A stretch of DNA of 64,000 nt from Octopus bimaculoides (taxonomy: Eukaryota): assembly GCF_001194135.2 (NCBI RefSeq), contig NC_068985.1, positions 106,539,102 through 106,603,101 on the forward strand. Direction: 5' to 3'. This document shows positions 1-13,406 of this stretch, in pieces. How positions within the stretch are numbered: the stretch's first letter is position 1; each line of letters begins with the position of its first letter. The notes under the pieces are model-generated. The model saw only the letters and a program-made list of their open reading frames with translations. It did no database searches and had not been told where the DNA came from. The position numbers were made by a program, and so were the translations under genes.

Positions 1-2325
1 GGGGAAAAAATAGACACAAAGTTTTGAAATATTGAAAGAAAGGGAGTGTGAACATATTACGTCATCTGGAGATGGTTTAAAAAAAAAAAAATGTCTTTTC
101 GTAGAGTTTCATGCAAAAGAAGAATTGTATGGTTGCTTTTTTTTTCTGTATCATTCTTTTTTCCTTTTAAACAGGGATTGTATAATGTTTCCAATTATAT
201 TTTTTAATTCTTTTTACAATTTATATCTGTATCTTACAATTTCTTTTCTCTTTGTATATGTATGTGTAACTGTGCACGTATGCATGTGTGTTTAAATGTG
301 TATGTATGTATGTATATATATGTATGTATGTTTGGGTTGCAATTTTGCAATTGTTTGATAAAATGACAATATACAAATGTGTGTGTGTGTGTGTGTGTGT
401 TAAAATATATACATATATATATTCACACACACATACACAAATGTATATGTATATAGATGACACATTAGTTGGATGTTTATCGTTTTAAATATATATATAC
501 ATATATATATACTATATTGCACAGGGGTGAACACAATGTTTGCACCGTTTGGCGTGGCGACACACGTTGTTCGGGCCAACTTAGCATTGGAAAAAGCAAC
601 AAGCAAAAGAATGCACTAAGATTCCAAAAAACAGATGAAAGAATACTCAGAAAGCTAAAATGTGTTTTATTATCATTATTATTATCATTATTATTATCAT
701 CATCATCATCATCATTATTATTGTTTTTATCATCATCATCATATATATATTTTTTAAACATATTTTTGGTTAGGTTTTTTTTTCCTTTTTTTGTTTTTGT
801 TTTGGGATTTAAATTTTATTTCTTTGTAGCAAACAAATAGAATTTTTTTTTAAATATATTATTGATCATATTATTATTATTACTGCACTGAAGAAGATAA
901 GTGATTCAGGTGGGCACTGGCCAGACCAGAATGTGGTGGAGGTGGCGACAGCGTTGAGTAAACCCTCTCACTCACCCGACCAACCTACAGGAGACACTTC
1001 ATTTCTCAGCAGAGATGAAATTAAAGATTCATCACATATTCCTCAGATACAGCATGGTGGCGAATTTTTTTTTTCTTTCTTGAGATTTATTATATTATTA
1101 TTATTATCATTAATTTTCCTTTAAAGTTTAATTTAGTGAATTTGAAAGATTTCAATAGGAAAAAAAACAACAACAAAAGACATGAATTTGTAATATCTAT
1201 TTTTTTTTTTTGTTTTTCATGCATAATTCATTATACATACATGTAGGAGTGCAAATATGAATGCATATACAGGTATGTATATACAGCTATGCAATACGGG
1301 TATGTATATACAGGTTATGTATGTAAAGAAACATGCATGCATGCACACTTTCATAGACAAGTTATCTTCTGAAAGGTGCTTGAAAGTTCCACTCAGTCCA
1401 TTCGCTGATGCACCCCCAATAAATCCACCATCTAATGCATTTACTATGCAGGCAGCACACAAACACACATGCTCAAACATGCACACATACATCCATACAC
1501 ATTCAAATGTATGACGACCCTCCAACCAGCTAGCCACCTCATCACACCATACATTATAATAGTTTTCTTTATAAATAAATAGATTTAACATTTGTTAAAA
1601 ATAATGAGATGAAACCATATNNNNNNNNNNNNNNNNNNNNNNNNNNNNNNNNNNNNNNNNNNNNNNNNNNNNNNNNNNNNNNNNNNNNNNNNNNNNNNNN
1701 NNNNNNNNNNNNNNNNNNNNNNNNNNNNNNNNNNNNNNNNNNNNNNNNNNNNNNNNNNNNNNNNNNNNNNNNNNNNNNNNNNNNNNNNNNNNNNNNTATA
1801 TATATTGTGTATATTTTGCATTTTTGGTTTTGAATTTTGAATTCTCAAATTTTCTTTCTTTTCTTAGTTCTGCTCAATTACTGCTGGAAATCTTTTCTCT
1901 CTCCAACAGATTCAGTGACACTCCAAACATCAGCACTATCAGTGTCATGAAAAAAGTTTCATACAAGCTGTATTATTTTGTTTTTAGTTAAATGTTAAAG
2001 GAGAGAGAGAAAGGGAAAGAGAGAGAAGGAGAGAAAGATAGGGAGAGAGAGAGAGAGAGTGGGAGTGAAAGAAGAGAAACAGGGGAGAAAATAAAAGCAA
2101 GGGGTTGGGAAATGCAAATTTAGAAGAACAGTTTGAGATTTACCGAATTAAAGAAAATGTTGAGAAGAAAATGAGAAGAAAAAAAATGAAGAAAAAACTA
2201 ATTTGTCAATCAATCTATGACTTACAGTTTACTGTGTATATTTATAGATATCTAAATTGATATAACTTTGTACATATGTATGCATCTAGTATGGTAGGCA
2301 TGCAATGGAGTGTATGTACATGTAC

Positions 2326-2376
<51 letters not shown>

Positions 2377-2948
2377 CACATACAAACACAAAAAAACATA
2401 CAAACTCTTAACCTAGAGTGTGAATACTAATGACTCTAGCTCTTTTGTATAGAGCTATTAGCATCATTTATAATGACAACATCAAGATTTTAGCTGATAA
2501 ACATAGTATGTGTAAGTGTGTGTCTTGGTAATTCTTCTCCCATCATTGCATGTGGTCTTCTCACAACAGAATCTTCCTAGGTGTGATAACACTGTGAGAA
2601 ACCAGCCAAGAAAAATGCAGGCATCTTGTGTACACAGTTAAGTTGTTAGTACTACACAGTTTGACTAGCCCTAGTTAACTACTTAATGCACATACATACA
2701 CACACCAAGTTAATATTGATATCTTTTTTACCATGTTGTCAGTAAAATATTATGAACAAAAATTATATATGTATGCAAATATACATGTGTGTACGCATGT
2801 ATATGTGTTTGTATATATATATATATATATATATACATACATACACACATATACATATATGTGTGTACAGATTTATATATATATACACAAACATGCTGTG
2901 TTTAAATATTTGTGCATATATGTACACAAATGTATGTGTGTGATTAGA

Positions 2949-3010
<62 letters not shown>

Positions 3011-4404
3011 TATATATATACACATATATATATGTATATATATATATGCACATAGACATAAAATAGTTAAATCTGTTGATTTATTTTATATATTATTTAA
3101 ATTTTGTTAATTTACAACACAGGTCATAATAGCAAGAATATTAACAGCGAGAGAGAAACAAATCTGATGGTCATAACAATAACAATAACAACAATAATGA
3201 TAATAGTAATAATAATTATAATGCTAATAATAATAATAATAATAATAATAATGATAATAGTAATAATAATAATAATAATTAGACACTTTGGAACAATTTT
3301 AGCATCAAGTTAGTTTGTTGTGTCCAAAAAGAGAAAGAAAGGAAAAATGAAATTGTTCATTATACAGAGTTTGGTAGATTTCTATCAATAGTTTGTAGCA
3401 GAAGCATGGGTAACCACCAGAAAGAATAATGATGATGAAGGGGGAGACAGAGAGAAAAGTAGGGGAGAATATTGTCATTTTTGTTTTCCTTGCTGGTACT
3501 GAGAGAGAGAGGAAGTTAGAGAGTAGGCAGATCAAGAAAGACAGACATTAGATCAACAGGTATCAGAGAAATAGTGAAATATCCCATAAAGGGACAGATA
3601 AATAGTTAGGTAAAGAGAGAGTTGATGGTGGGAGCAAGAGTTGTGGAGGAAGAGGTAGAGGACACTGCTGTGGTTTTGTGTCAGTAGTCTAATTTGTATA
3701 TTAAATGAGATTGCTGCAAATAGTACCCCTGCCCCCACTTTACACAGCCACTAGTAGTCACGGCAACCACATCATATAAGGGAAGGATCTGAGTATTTCA
3801 ATATTATATTATGGGTAGACGTGGGGGGAGGGGGAAAAAGGGACAACGACGACAACAACAGCATTAATATGTTTTTAGAAGGAAGAGGTGGTGTTCACAC
3901 GTAACCCCCAATACATTATTGTTTTATATTTTATCGACAACTCTGCACACAGCCCAGAAGGATGAAAGGCAGGATTCACTGCCAGTTAGATTTGAACTTA
4001 GAACAGACAGGTTATAAAACTTTAGAATAAAGTATCTTGTACATTTCTCTATACACTGTGCCATCATCAAAGTGTGTGTGTGATACCTCTAGATATTTTA
4101 ACTTCATCAACCCTGATAACTAAAATACCCTAAATTGTTAGGGTTAACAGTAAATAGATGGTAATCCGTTAGCTGTACAGTGAAGTGTACAATGGTATTA
4201 TTGTTTTGTTGGTACATGGTGGGTGTATTAGAGTTCTATAGTTGAGGTATAGAACCATAGTACAATTGGTCTATAGTGGTAGTATTGTATAGTTGGTATA
4301 TAGTGATATTATTGAGTTGGGTTGTGATGGCTGGGTAGTTTATGTGGTTGTACAGCTGGTATAGTTTTGTGGTAGTGTTGCATCATTAATGTATAATATT
4401 TATA

Positions 4405-4414
4405 TTTATTTATT
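4405..4414 (-). promoter_or_regulatory. Possible proximal polyadenylation signal of CaMKII (two overlapping AATAAA)
   Basis: Plus strand tttatttatt, about 460 nt past the stop codon. The AT-rich context makes a chance match plausible. Confidence 0.3.
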
Positions 4415-4871
4415 GTTTGGATGGTATGTATGTTTAGCTGGTTCACAATGGTGTGGTACCCTATTTGATAGAATAGTAGAGTAGTTTGCATGTGTGTGTG
4501 TGTATACATATGTGAGAGTGAGAAAATGATAAAAAAGAAGAGAAAGACAGAAACAGCGAGAGAGGTAAGCTAGAAGAAGAGGGAAAGAAACCAAGAGAGA
4601 GAGATACCAGACAAGGTGAAAAGACAACAGGAGAAAAAGTCTATGTAAGTGGTTAGTAGCAACTTTTTTTTTTACATCTGCTTATTGTGGTAGTTATCGT
4701 AATGAAAGAAGTCGATATCTTCATCATCATCATCGTCATCATCATCATCATCGTTATCCTGTTGTTTGTAGTGGTCATGGTGGTTGTTGGTGGTTGTCGT
4801 AGTATTTGTAGTAGTAGTGGTGGTGGTAGTAGTTAGATTTGTTGATAGAGTTAAGTAGATTTTTTACACTT

Positions 4872-4992
4872 CTATTTTGATGAGACAGCTTGCAATGATC
4901 CTGAGCGATGAAAATGTACATTCTGCCATTTGCCATCCTTCCTTTGCCACACTCTTGTCTCCTCTGACTGAACAGTGATTGGAACACCGTCT
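4872..4992 (-). CDS. CaMKII: CaMKII last coding exon, hub C-terminus: (R)[39 protein letters not shown]
   Basis: Manual translation gives the CaMKII signature [21 protein letters not shown]. Acceptor gctattccAG; phase 2 start matches the upstream exon; TAG stop at 4872-4874. Confidence 0.97.
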
Positions 4993-5896
4993 CTGGAATA
5001 GCAACAGCAACAGCATTGAACAACAGCTTTAATCATGGATTACTTACAACTGAAATACATACCTCACAGTGGTACTAATAATATTAAAATATGCAGTTTA
5101 CCAAAATGTATAAAAATAGGATAGATTTGCTACAGAATAAATACCTTCAGGGCTAAAATGACATAGATAAGGGGTAACCAAAGTTCCTATCTTGTTAAGC
5201 ATTGTCTGTTGTTGTTTAATCTGAGACCACTTTTAGTTCTTTGATACAAACTTTCTGTTTTAAATGGAATCTAAATTAGAACTTTTCATTAAAATTTCAA
5301 GTTAATTTATGTTCTAAACATCAGTTTCTTAATTACAGTTATTTCACTAAATTTGTTATTTTCAAAATAACTCAAAAGAGAAGTATTGATTTTTCAACAG
5401 AAAGGGTTAACCCCAATGTTCTGAGATCACAGCTTATAACTCTCTAGATATATGAGTTAACAAGACAGTCTCTAAGTGGTTACTTGACCTGTTAGAAATA
5501 TCAGGCAAATCTCATCAAATCACATCTTAGTGTGTAAAGTAAGTGATGATACTTATATGAAGCTGGACTGAAAAGTACATGACTATGAAAGAATGATGCT
5601 AGAGCTATGAAATCTTGTATGCATTAATTTCAACACTTATTATTAACAACTACATTGTTTCTTTCCAGGTAAACTCATATCTGATTGTTAAAAGAAAACT
5701 TCAAATGTAACTAGTAGCAACTTCTCTTGAAAATGGACAGATTTTAAAAGAGTAATAATGTCGAAAACAATGAGGACAACAGTTATTATAATGATGATGT
5801 TATGGTGATAGTGATATTATGAGCAATGGTTATAATGATTATTATGATGATAGTGGTAAGTGAAGATAGTGCTGAGATTGGGAAAGTTGTCTTTAC

Positions 5897-6011
5897 CTGT
5901 CAATATACTGTGTGAGTCGAACATAGGCAATGCATGCTGCATCGTCACCAAGAAGGTGTACATGAGGGTTCAAGATTGTGGTGTTCAATGTCTTACTGTT
6001 CTTTGATAGCA
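5897..6011 (-). CDS. CaMKII: CaMKII hub exon: (V)[37 protein letters not shown](R)
   Basis: 115 nt, phase 1 to 2. Acceptor ttctccttgcAG, donor AG|GTAAAG. Typical Ca[28 protein letters not shown] motif. Confidence 0.97.
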
Positions 6012-6488
6012 CTGCAAGGAGAACAACAACAAGATGATAATGATGATGGAAACAAGGGAGACAAGACAGTCAGATAACTAGAGAGAGTGAGATATGTAAC
6101 TCCAGAGTAGAACTCAACTAAAGTGCCATAAACACAAAATTTAATAAGTCAAGAAAATCACAGACTTCCAAATCAGCTTTCATAAATTTTCCATCTCTGG
6201 GCTAAAAACAAAAGACAATAATCATGATAATTGTTTCTAATTTAGACACAAAGCCAGTAATTTTGAAGAGAGATGGTTTGTTATTATATAGGCTCTGTAC
6301 TTGACTGGTGCTTTATTTTATCGACTCTGAAAAGATGAAAGACAAAGTTAACATTGATTGGATTTGAACTTAGAAAGAAAAAAGACCTGAAACAAATACC
6401 CCAAGGTATTTAGTCTTACACTAGAATTTCAGCCAACCCATCACATTCAATAATAATAATAATAATAATAATAATAATTTATACTATA

Positions 6489-6685
6489 GGCACAAGACTT
6501 GAAATATTGGGAGGAGGGCTAATCGATTACATCGACCCCCAGAACTCAACTGGTACTTATTTCATCAACCCTGAAGGGATGAAAGGCAAAGTTGACCATG
6601 GCGGAATTTGGACTCAGAACATTAAGACAAACAAAATACCACTATGCATTTTGTCTGGCATGCTAATGATTCTGCCAGCTTGCCA
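6489..6685 (-). mobile_element. tRNA-derived SINE; related copies near 3890-4070, 6270-6440, 6745-6870 and 8650-8830
   Basis: Minus strand has an A-box-like 5' end (ggcaagctggcagaatc) and a B-box-like gagtccaaattcc. The body ttgcctttcatcc...aagtaccagt recurs in the window. Confidence 0.7.
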
Positions 6686-9600
6686 TAATAATAATAATAA
6701 CAAGAACAGCAATAAAAATAATTGTTTCAAATTTTGGTACAAGGCCAGCAATTCTTTAGAGGGTGAGAGTTAGTAAATTACACTGACCCCAGTTGGAAAT
6801 CAGATTGTAAAGAACCAGAAAGAAATGCTGCAAAGTATTTTGTCCAATGCACTAACAATTCTGCTATTATAGTAATTATAGTAACATTATAGTAATTATA
6901 GTAACATTTATAGTAACCTAAACACTTGACTGATATTATTTTCATCATCTTGATCAAGACTGAACACAAATGCAAAAGTACATGAATAAAGCAAGGCATT
7001 TTGCATGGCATATTCTGAAATACACCACCCTCAATACTAATTAGAACAATAATAACAATTATTATTATCATTTCTAATACAGGGACAAAGCCAGTAATTT
7101 GGAATATTTTATCAATCCCAAATGGATGAAAATCAAGTTGACTTCTGTTGGATTAATACTAATGATGATAATTTGTTTTGCCTAGATACCAGACAAACTA
7201 GAGTAAAATGATGTGTGTATATTCATTTCAAGTGACACCAGTACATCAGGTCACAAATCTCATTAAGGTTAGCAAGAATTAGTAGAGTGTTGGACACAAT
7301 GCCTAGCAGTATTTACTCATGCCCTTTATGGACTGAGTATATCTTGCTAACATTGGCCTTGTCTTTCTTCCTTCTGAGATGGAGTCTTAATTAAGTATTG
7401 GGTCAATTTTCTCAATTGCTTTCTCTATTAATGTGTGTCTTGCTGCCAACAGAATAGGTAGAGCATTGGATAAAATGCCATAAGGTATTTAGCAATGTCG
7501 ATTTAATTTACAAGTTCAAATCCTACTGGGGCTGACTTTAATTTTCTCCTTCTGTAGTTAATCAAATAAAGACCCAGTAAGACAGTGAAGTTACTTTAAT
7601 TGAATGTTTTCAACTCCAAATTTGAGGCTTTGTACTTATGTTAAAAATCTTTATTGTAGCAATTAGGATGATGGTTGACAGAATTGGTGGAGCATGAAAT
7701 AAATGCCTTATTAACTATTAAGATACAATCATTTAGATTCTGACTTCAAATCTTTTCTTATTATTTGTGCTCTTGCAATAATTGCACCAAGGTTGACTTT
7801 GTTTTTCATTGTCCTGGTAATACAAACAACTTTTGTTTCTGCAAATATGTAGCCTTATGTTAGAAATCATTATTTAGAGACACGATACTTACATCATGAA
7901 ATGCTTGGCTAGAGAGATTTTCGCATTTAAGAAAACTTCAAATACAACACCAGTAACAATATAACAACACTTTAGCAATGTAGCAATGTGGGTTACAAAA
8001 TACTGCATCTGGTTACCATGGTTACAATTTTAACAGGGAATAAAGGAGGAGGCTAGTGGGGATGGAGGAAACTACAGCTATTGAGCAAAGCAAGCTAAGA
8101 AGACTGGGTGAAGGACAGGAAACCAAGAGATCGTGGGGACGCAGATCAACTAGGAACGTGGAAGTGGGGTAAAATAACAGGCAATCTCAACCTTATCTCT
8201 AGAAACTACATGTATTGTAGTGGAGGAGGGAAATGTGAGGTAGGGGGAATATTAGTTGTGCTAATATAGTAAGACATGCTAACTAAAATCAGAAATGAAT
8301 GGACTGCAAGTCTGTGGTTGTGTGTGTTTATGTATGTGATGCATGTCTGTATAAAATAATGTCAAAGAAGCCATCATAGAAAAAAAAAACAAAAACAAAG
8401 AAAAGAAAAACTTCATACAAATTTCAAATGTAATGTTGAAAAGGTGACCCTGATCCCTAGCTGGAAAAGAAAATCTTGAGTACAACTATAGCTTACTGGT
8501 GATGGCTGAAACAACAGCCATCCTAGTTGGGGTGGATTTAAAAGTATCAACAATGAATAATGGAATTAGCTTCCAATACACAGCAACATTTTCACTGTAG
8601 GTTAATGCTGCTGCCTTACAGCAGCAACATTTATAGAAAACATTAGAATAATGAATTGAATTCGCTCCTAGTATATTACTGGTACTTACTTTATTGGGGC
8701 CAGAGGATGAAAGGTGAAGTCAATTCTAGAAAGGTCTCAACTCAAAATGTTTTAAGGACCTACCTAAATATTGTCAGGTATTTTATGCATTTTCTACAGA
8801 TTCTACACTGTATTGCCCTCAATGTACTTTATTTGCTGCTTCTTCTATCAATATTTCTCACAGCCTATATGGGAATGGTGCAGACTGTGTCAATAATGTT
8901 AGGGTAATACATTAATTAAAAACATGAGACAATACTCAGCTGGTTAACATGGCCCTTTTAACAACTGACTTTGTTGTTACCAATATTTCTTCAATTTGTG
9001 CTGTGGTGTTTGTTATTGTATTACCATAATACTGAATCAAACTGGAATTGATAATAAATTCATCTGCCAAGAGAGATTGTTTTCTGTGTATCAAATTCTA
9101 CAGGAAGTATGGTGAACACAGAACCACACCACAAACTATCTAGCTGCATGTAAAAATCAAAACTGGATGAGAAATTTAGTGTAAAACTTTTGCAAAATTC
9201 ATCTCAGTAATTCAAGATATCAAAAAATCACAAAAGTTGGTTGAATATTTGAACGGATTGTGAGTTGCTACTGAGCTATAGGTGATATGATGTACAGGTA
9301 TCAAGCTACTACACAGCTACAAGTGCTATATGTACAGTTGTCTAGACACAACACATTGCTTAGTCAGCAGGCTAGACAAATGATTACTGAAGTGGAGTAT
9401 TGTGGTAGTTATAATAGTTTTACAGAAGATGGGAGTGTGACAGTATAGTTGGGTGGATATAGGAATGATGGCACTTTTATAGGTGTAGTGGTGGCAGTTG
9501 TAACAGTATAATGATGGTTGAAGAGGAGTAGCAGTGGTCGGAAAGGGGTAAAGGCAGTTGTAGAATAGTGGTGATTGTATAGAGGTGATAGTTATATAGT

Positions 9601-10293
9601 GGTAGTGGTGGTTGTAGAGGGAGTAATAGTGGCTGTAGAAGTGGTGAGTGTTGATGATTGTGGTTGTAATGCTATGATAATAACTGTACCTTTATATAAA
9701 ACTGAACAATCAAACAGTGAGCATACATCCACTTAGCACTGAGTTGTAATTCTCTTTGAAATCAACTGAGTATAAGATGTCTTCTACATTAATTATGCAA
9801 CTTATTCTGTATCAATAATTCACTAATGAGCTCTTCTTTAGATACTTAATTCAATCATTGTGTGCTTATTTAAATAATACTTTGTGAGAAACATACCACA
9901 CATCCACACATGCACACAAACACATACTTACAATTTTACAAGAAAAGAGGTTGAGAGTGACCTCAGAGATTTTGTAGATTACTGACTTCAACAAGGTTAC
10001 TGTGTACATCTCCCCTAACGTCTTTGTTCCTCCCCCTCTACACACATCACTGTCATATAGGCGGTGTCATTCATGAAAACATGTCTGGCCATGGGAAACA
10101 AGTGAGGGTTGGCAACAGGAAGGGCATCCAGCAATAAAAGATCAGCTTCAATGAATTCCATCTGACCCATGTAAGCATGGAAAAGTAGACATTAAAATGA
10201 TGATGATGATGAAGATGGTGGTGAATTTCCATTGTTTGATGATGAGGATTCAGTTGTTTGATCAACTGCATTACCTGCTCCTGAATTAACAAG

Positions 10294-11550
10294 TACAAGG
10301 GGGTACCCAAAAGAAACCGGAATTTTGCAATATTATTTTATTCACTTAGTTTTACATGTTTACACTTTTATTGCCTTCAAAGTATTCTCCATTTGAAGCA
10401 CTGCATTGGTCCAGACACATTTTCCACTGTTTGAACCAGTTTTGGAACTCTTTCTTGCAAAGTGATGCCTTTTAATGCCTGTCATTGTTTTCTTCACTTC
10501 TTTCACATCTGCAAAACCTTTTCCTTTAAGGACTTTTTCATTCAAGAACAAAAAATGTCACAGGGAGCAAGATTGGATGAATAGGGAGGGTGAGCAAGCA
10601 GGATCATGCCATTTTTGGTCGAAAACTGCCCCACACTCAAGGTGGTGTGCATTGGCACATTGTTGTGATGAAACCATCACTCTCCACTTTGTCACAAGTT
10701 GGGGCATTTTCATCTCACCACATCTCACAAATACTTCACAAAATGTCTGGTTAACAGTTTGACCAGGAGTTCAAACAAATTCTGTGTAAACAATTCCTTT
10801 CACATCGATGAAACAAACCAGCATCATCTTGACATTGGATTTCACTTGATGCACTTTTTGGGGGCATGGCAATACTAAAAGCTTCCACTGACTTGATTGC
10901 TGCTTCGTTTCTGGGTCACGGCCATAGCAACAGCTGTCATCACCAGTGATGACCTTTGAAAAAAGGTCCCGGTCAACTTCCAACTGTTCTTTCAGTTCAT
11001 GGCACACACTCAGTCATGAATGCTTTTGATCTTCAGTGAGCAAGTGAGGTACAAATCTTACTACAACTTTTTTCATTTGCAATTCCTCATTCAAAATTCA
11101 TTGGCAGGAGATCCAGGACATACCAGTTGTATCAAGAAGTTTGTCAATTGTTCAGCGTCAGTCCTCCGAAATCAGTTCATGAATTTTCATTATGCTTTCA
11201 TTCATTCGTTCAGGAGGTCGATAGTCGCCCTGAATGAGGTTGATCTTCAAGCAACAAGGGACCATTCCTAAAGCATGAAAACCACTCGTAGACTTATGTC
11301 TTGCTCATGGCAGTGTCTAGAATTTCATGGAAACATGCTGTTCCTTTGCTTCAGCCATTGCAAAATTTGATGAACAGAGGAGAAGCACTGTGTAACAAAG
11401 ATACACCACATGGCAGCACAGCACGACCCCACCCGACAATGCTGGTTGGCAGACTGATGCCAGAGGGTTGCATCAAGTGGCGGAAGCTTGAACTACAATG
11501 GGGTTGTCCAACAGAGAACATTTCTAGTTACTTTTGGGTACTTCCTTGTA
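10294..11550 (-). mobile_element. Near full-length degenerate mariner (Tc1/mariner) DNA transposon
   Basis: Imperfect TIRs (TA-CAAGGGGGTACCCAAAAGAAACCGGAA and TA-CAAGGAAGTACCCAAAAGTAACTAGAA) with TA target sites. Transposase remnants KVITGDDSCCYGRDPETKQQSSQWK and KMMLVCFIDVKGIVYTEFV. Confidence 0.9.
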
Positions 11551-12097
11551 AATGTCTGTGACTGAGTATTCCACAGACACATGTATTCTTAACATAATTC
11601 TTAAGCAAAATCAGTATGATATAGTGTTTGACAAGGCTGTACTTTTTGAATTTCAGGTACAATCCACCAGTCAAGCTTCTATAGCTTCTCTCTACCCAAC
11701 TTCACACACAATATGTAGCTCAAATTAAGGTTACAGTAAACAACATCTCTGGTCAAGATATCATGCTGTGGGATTGATTCCAATGTCTTGTGGTTATGGA
11801 GTGAACTTCTTAACTATTCAGTCATACAGCACCTACATCAATGATTCACTAATGGTTCTGTGTGTTTGTTTGAGTAACACCATATAGAAGACATGCTATA
11901 CAAACATATATAATTTGACAAGAAAAAGGTTGGCAACAGTAACCTAAGTGTTTTTCCAAGCACTAGCTTAAACAGAACTTGTGTGTGTGTATTTATATTT
12001 ATATACATTTTGCTTAGGCGTTGCAACACTAATAACCTGGTGTAGAACACTATATATGTATGCTTCAGAATGAAGTGCTTGATGAGTGTAGAGCCAT

Positions 12098-12293
12098 AAT
12101 ACGAAAATGAGATGGCAAAGAAATAAATGATTATCTTATAAACCTTATTAGCCCTACAGCTGTTTCTGCAATAAGACGCAGTGAACTATCAGGCACTCAA
12201 CTATGAGTCTACAGCATCTTATAACAGAAATAGCTGTAAGCTAATGAAGTTCATAAAATAACCATTTATTCCTTTGTCATGTCATTTTCTTAT
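12098..12293. repeat. Fold-back inverted repeat (arms about 80 nt)
   Basis: gaaaatgagatggcaaagaaataaatg...ctacagctgtttctg pairs with cagaaatagctgtaag...catttattcctttgtcatgtcattttc. Confidence 0.8.
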
Positions 12294-12308
12294 TCTTATA
12301 TATATATA

Positions 12309-12468
12309 AGTGGTTGGCGTTAGGAAGGGCATCCAGCTGTAGAAACTCTGCCAAATCAGACTGGAGCCTGGTGTTGCCATCCGGTTTCACCAGTCCTCAG
12401 TCAAATCGTCCAACCCATGCTAGCATGGAAAGCGGACGTTAAACGATGATGATGATGATGATGATGAT
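12309..12468 (+). mobile_element. Young RTE LINE 3' end, 5'-truncated, with (GAT)n tail
   Basis: Nearly identical to copies at 25106-25268, 34367-34508, 42681-42845 and 46399-46550. The 46.4 kb copy is contiguous, across a gap, with an RTE ORF tail. Confidence 0.85.
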
Positions 12469-13341
12469 ATATATATATATATACATACATATATATACCT
12501 TTGGGAAGACATTTAGATTAATAATTATATTTCTCTTCATGAATGGAAATTTTGAACTATAATCTAACAGAGTTCTAAATATTGGTTATATGTTATACTC
12601 TACCTACCACATCACACTAATATACATATAAATTATAATGTAACAGTTGTATAATACATTAAAATGTATTTTATGTAATTCAAACATCATTTGATATAGA
12701 ACTGCAGAAGCTGGGTAGAGTGGATAGGTATTTTTTATTATCAAAAGGGGACAGTCTACTCAGTGTTTTGCTTCAGGCTGGGCTCTCAGTAACTGTGGAA
12801 TAGGAAACAATTTACAGATTATATAAGGGTGTATTGACTTTAGATGGATGTGTGTGCATGGGAGGTAGGGTGATAATTCTAACAAAACTCATTTAAAGAT
12901 GTAGAAATTGTGGTGTGTGGAAGTATAAGTATGTTTGACAATCCTTAGTTCCATTCATGTTTGTAATCGATAGATTAAACTGAAACTAAATACGAGTGTG
13001 CATGGCATGTATGTGCTTGTTTATATCTGTGATCATTTGTATGAATGTTGCAGTGGTTGTGCTGTTATTGTTCTCCATTCAACAGATTATCTGGTCACTT
13101 CATGCCTTTGAAGCTGTGTGGAATGAAAGATCCCTCACTTGAGAACAGGTAAGGGTTAGCATTAGAAAAGACATCTGGCTGTAAAACAATAACTAAAATA
13201 ACATATTCATCCAACCCACGGAAGCATGGAAAAAAAGGATGTAACACACACTCACACACCTACATACATGAACATACATATGTGTGTGTGTGTACTACAC
13301 ACATATATATAAACAAACACACATACGTATACAAAGATATA

Positions 13342-13406
<65 letters not shown>

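Noticed and set aside
1885-1970. Short open frames with splice-like sites on both strands
   Set aside because: No homology, ambiguous strand and no partner exon; probably UTR or intergenic.
32-3313. Many ORFs rich in YI, CV or HT repeats, here and throughout the track
   Set aside because: They are translations of (AT)n, (GT)n, (AC)n and (AAT)n microsatellites, not genes.
9400-9680. Regularly spaced GT-rich units that might suggest a CRISPR-like array
   Set aside because: These are degenerate eukaryotic minisatellites with no conserved repeat and unique spacer structure.
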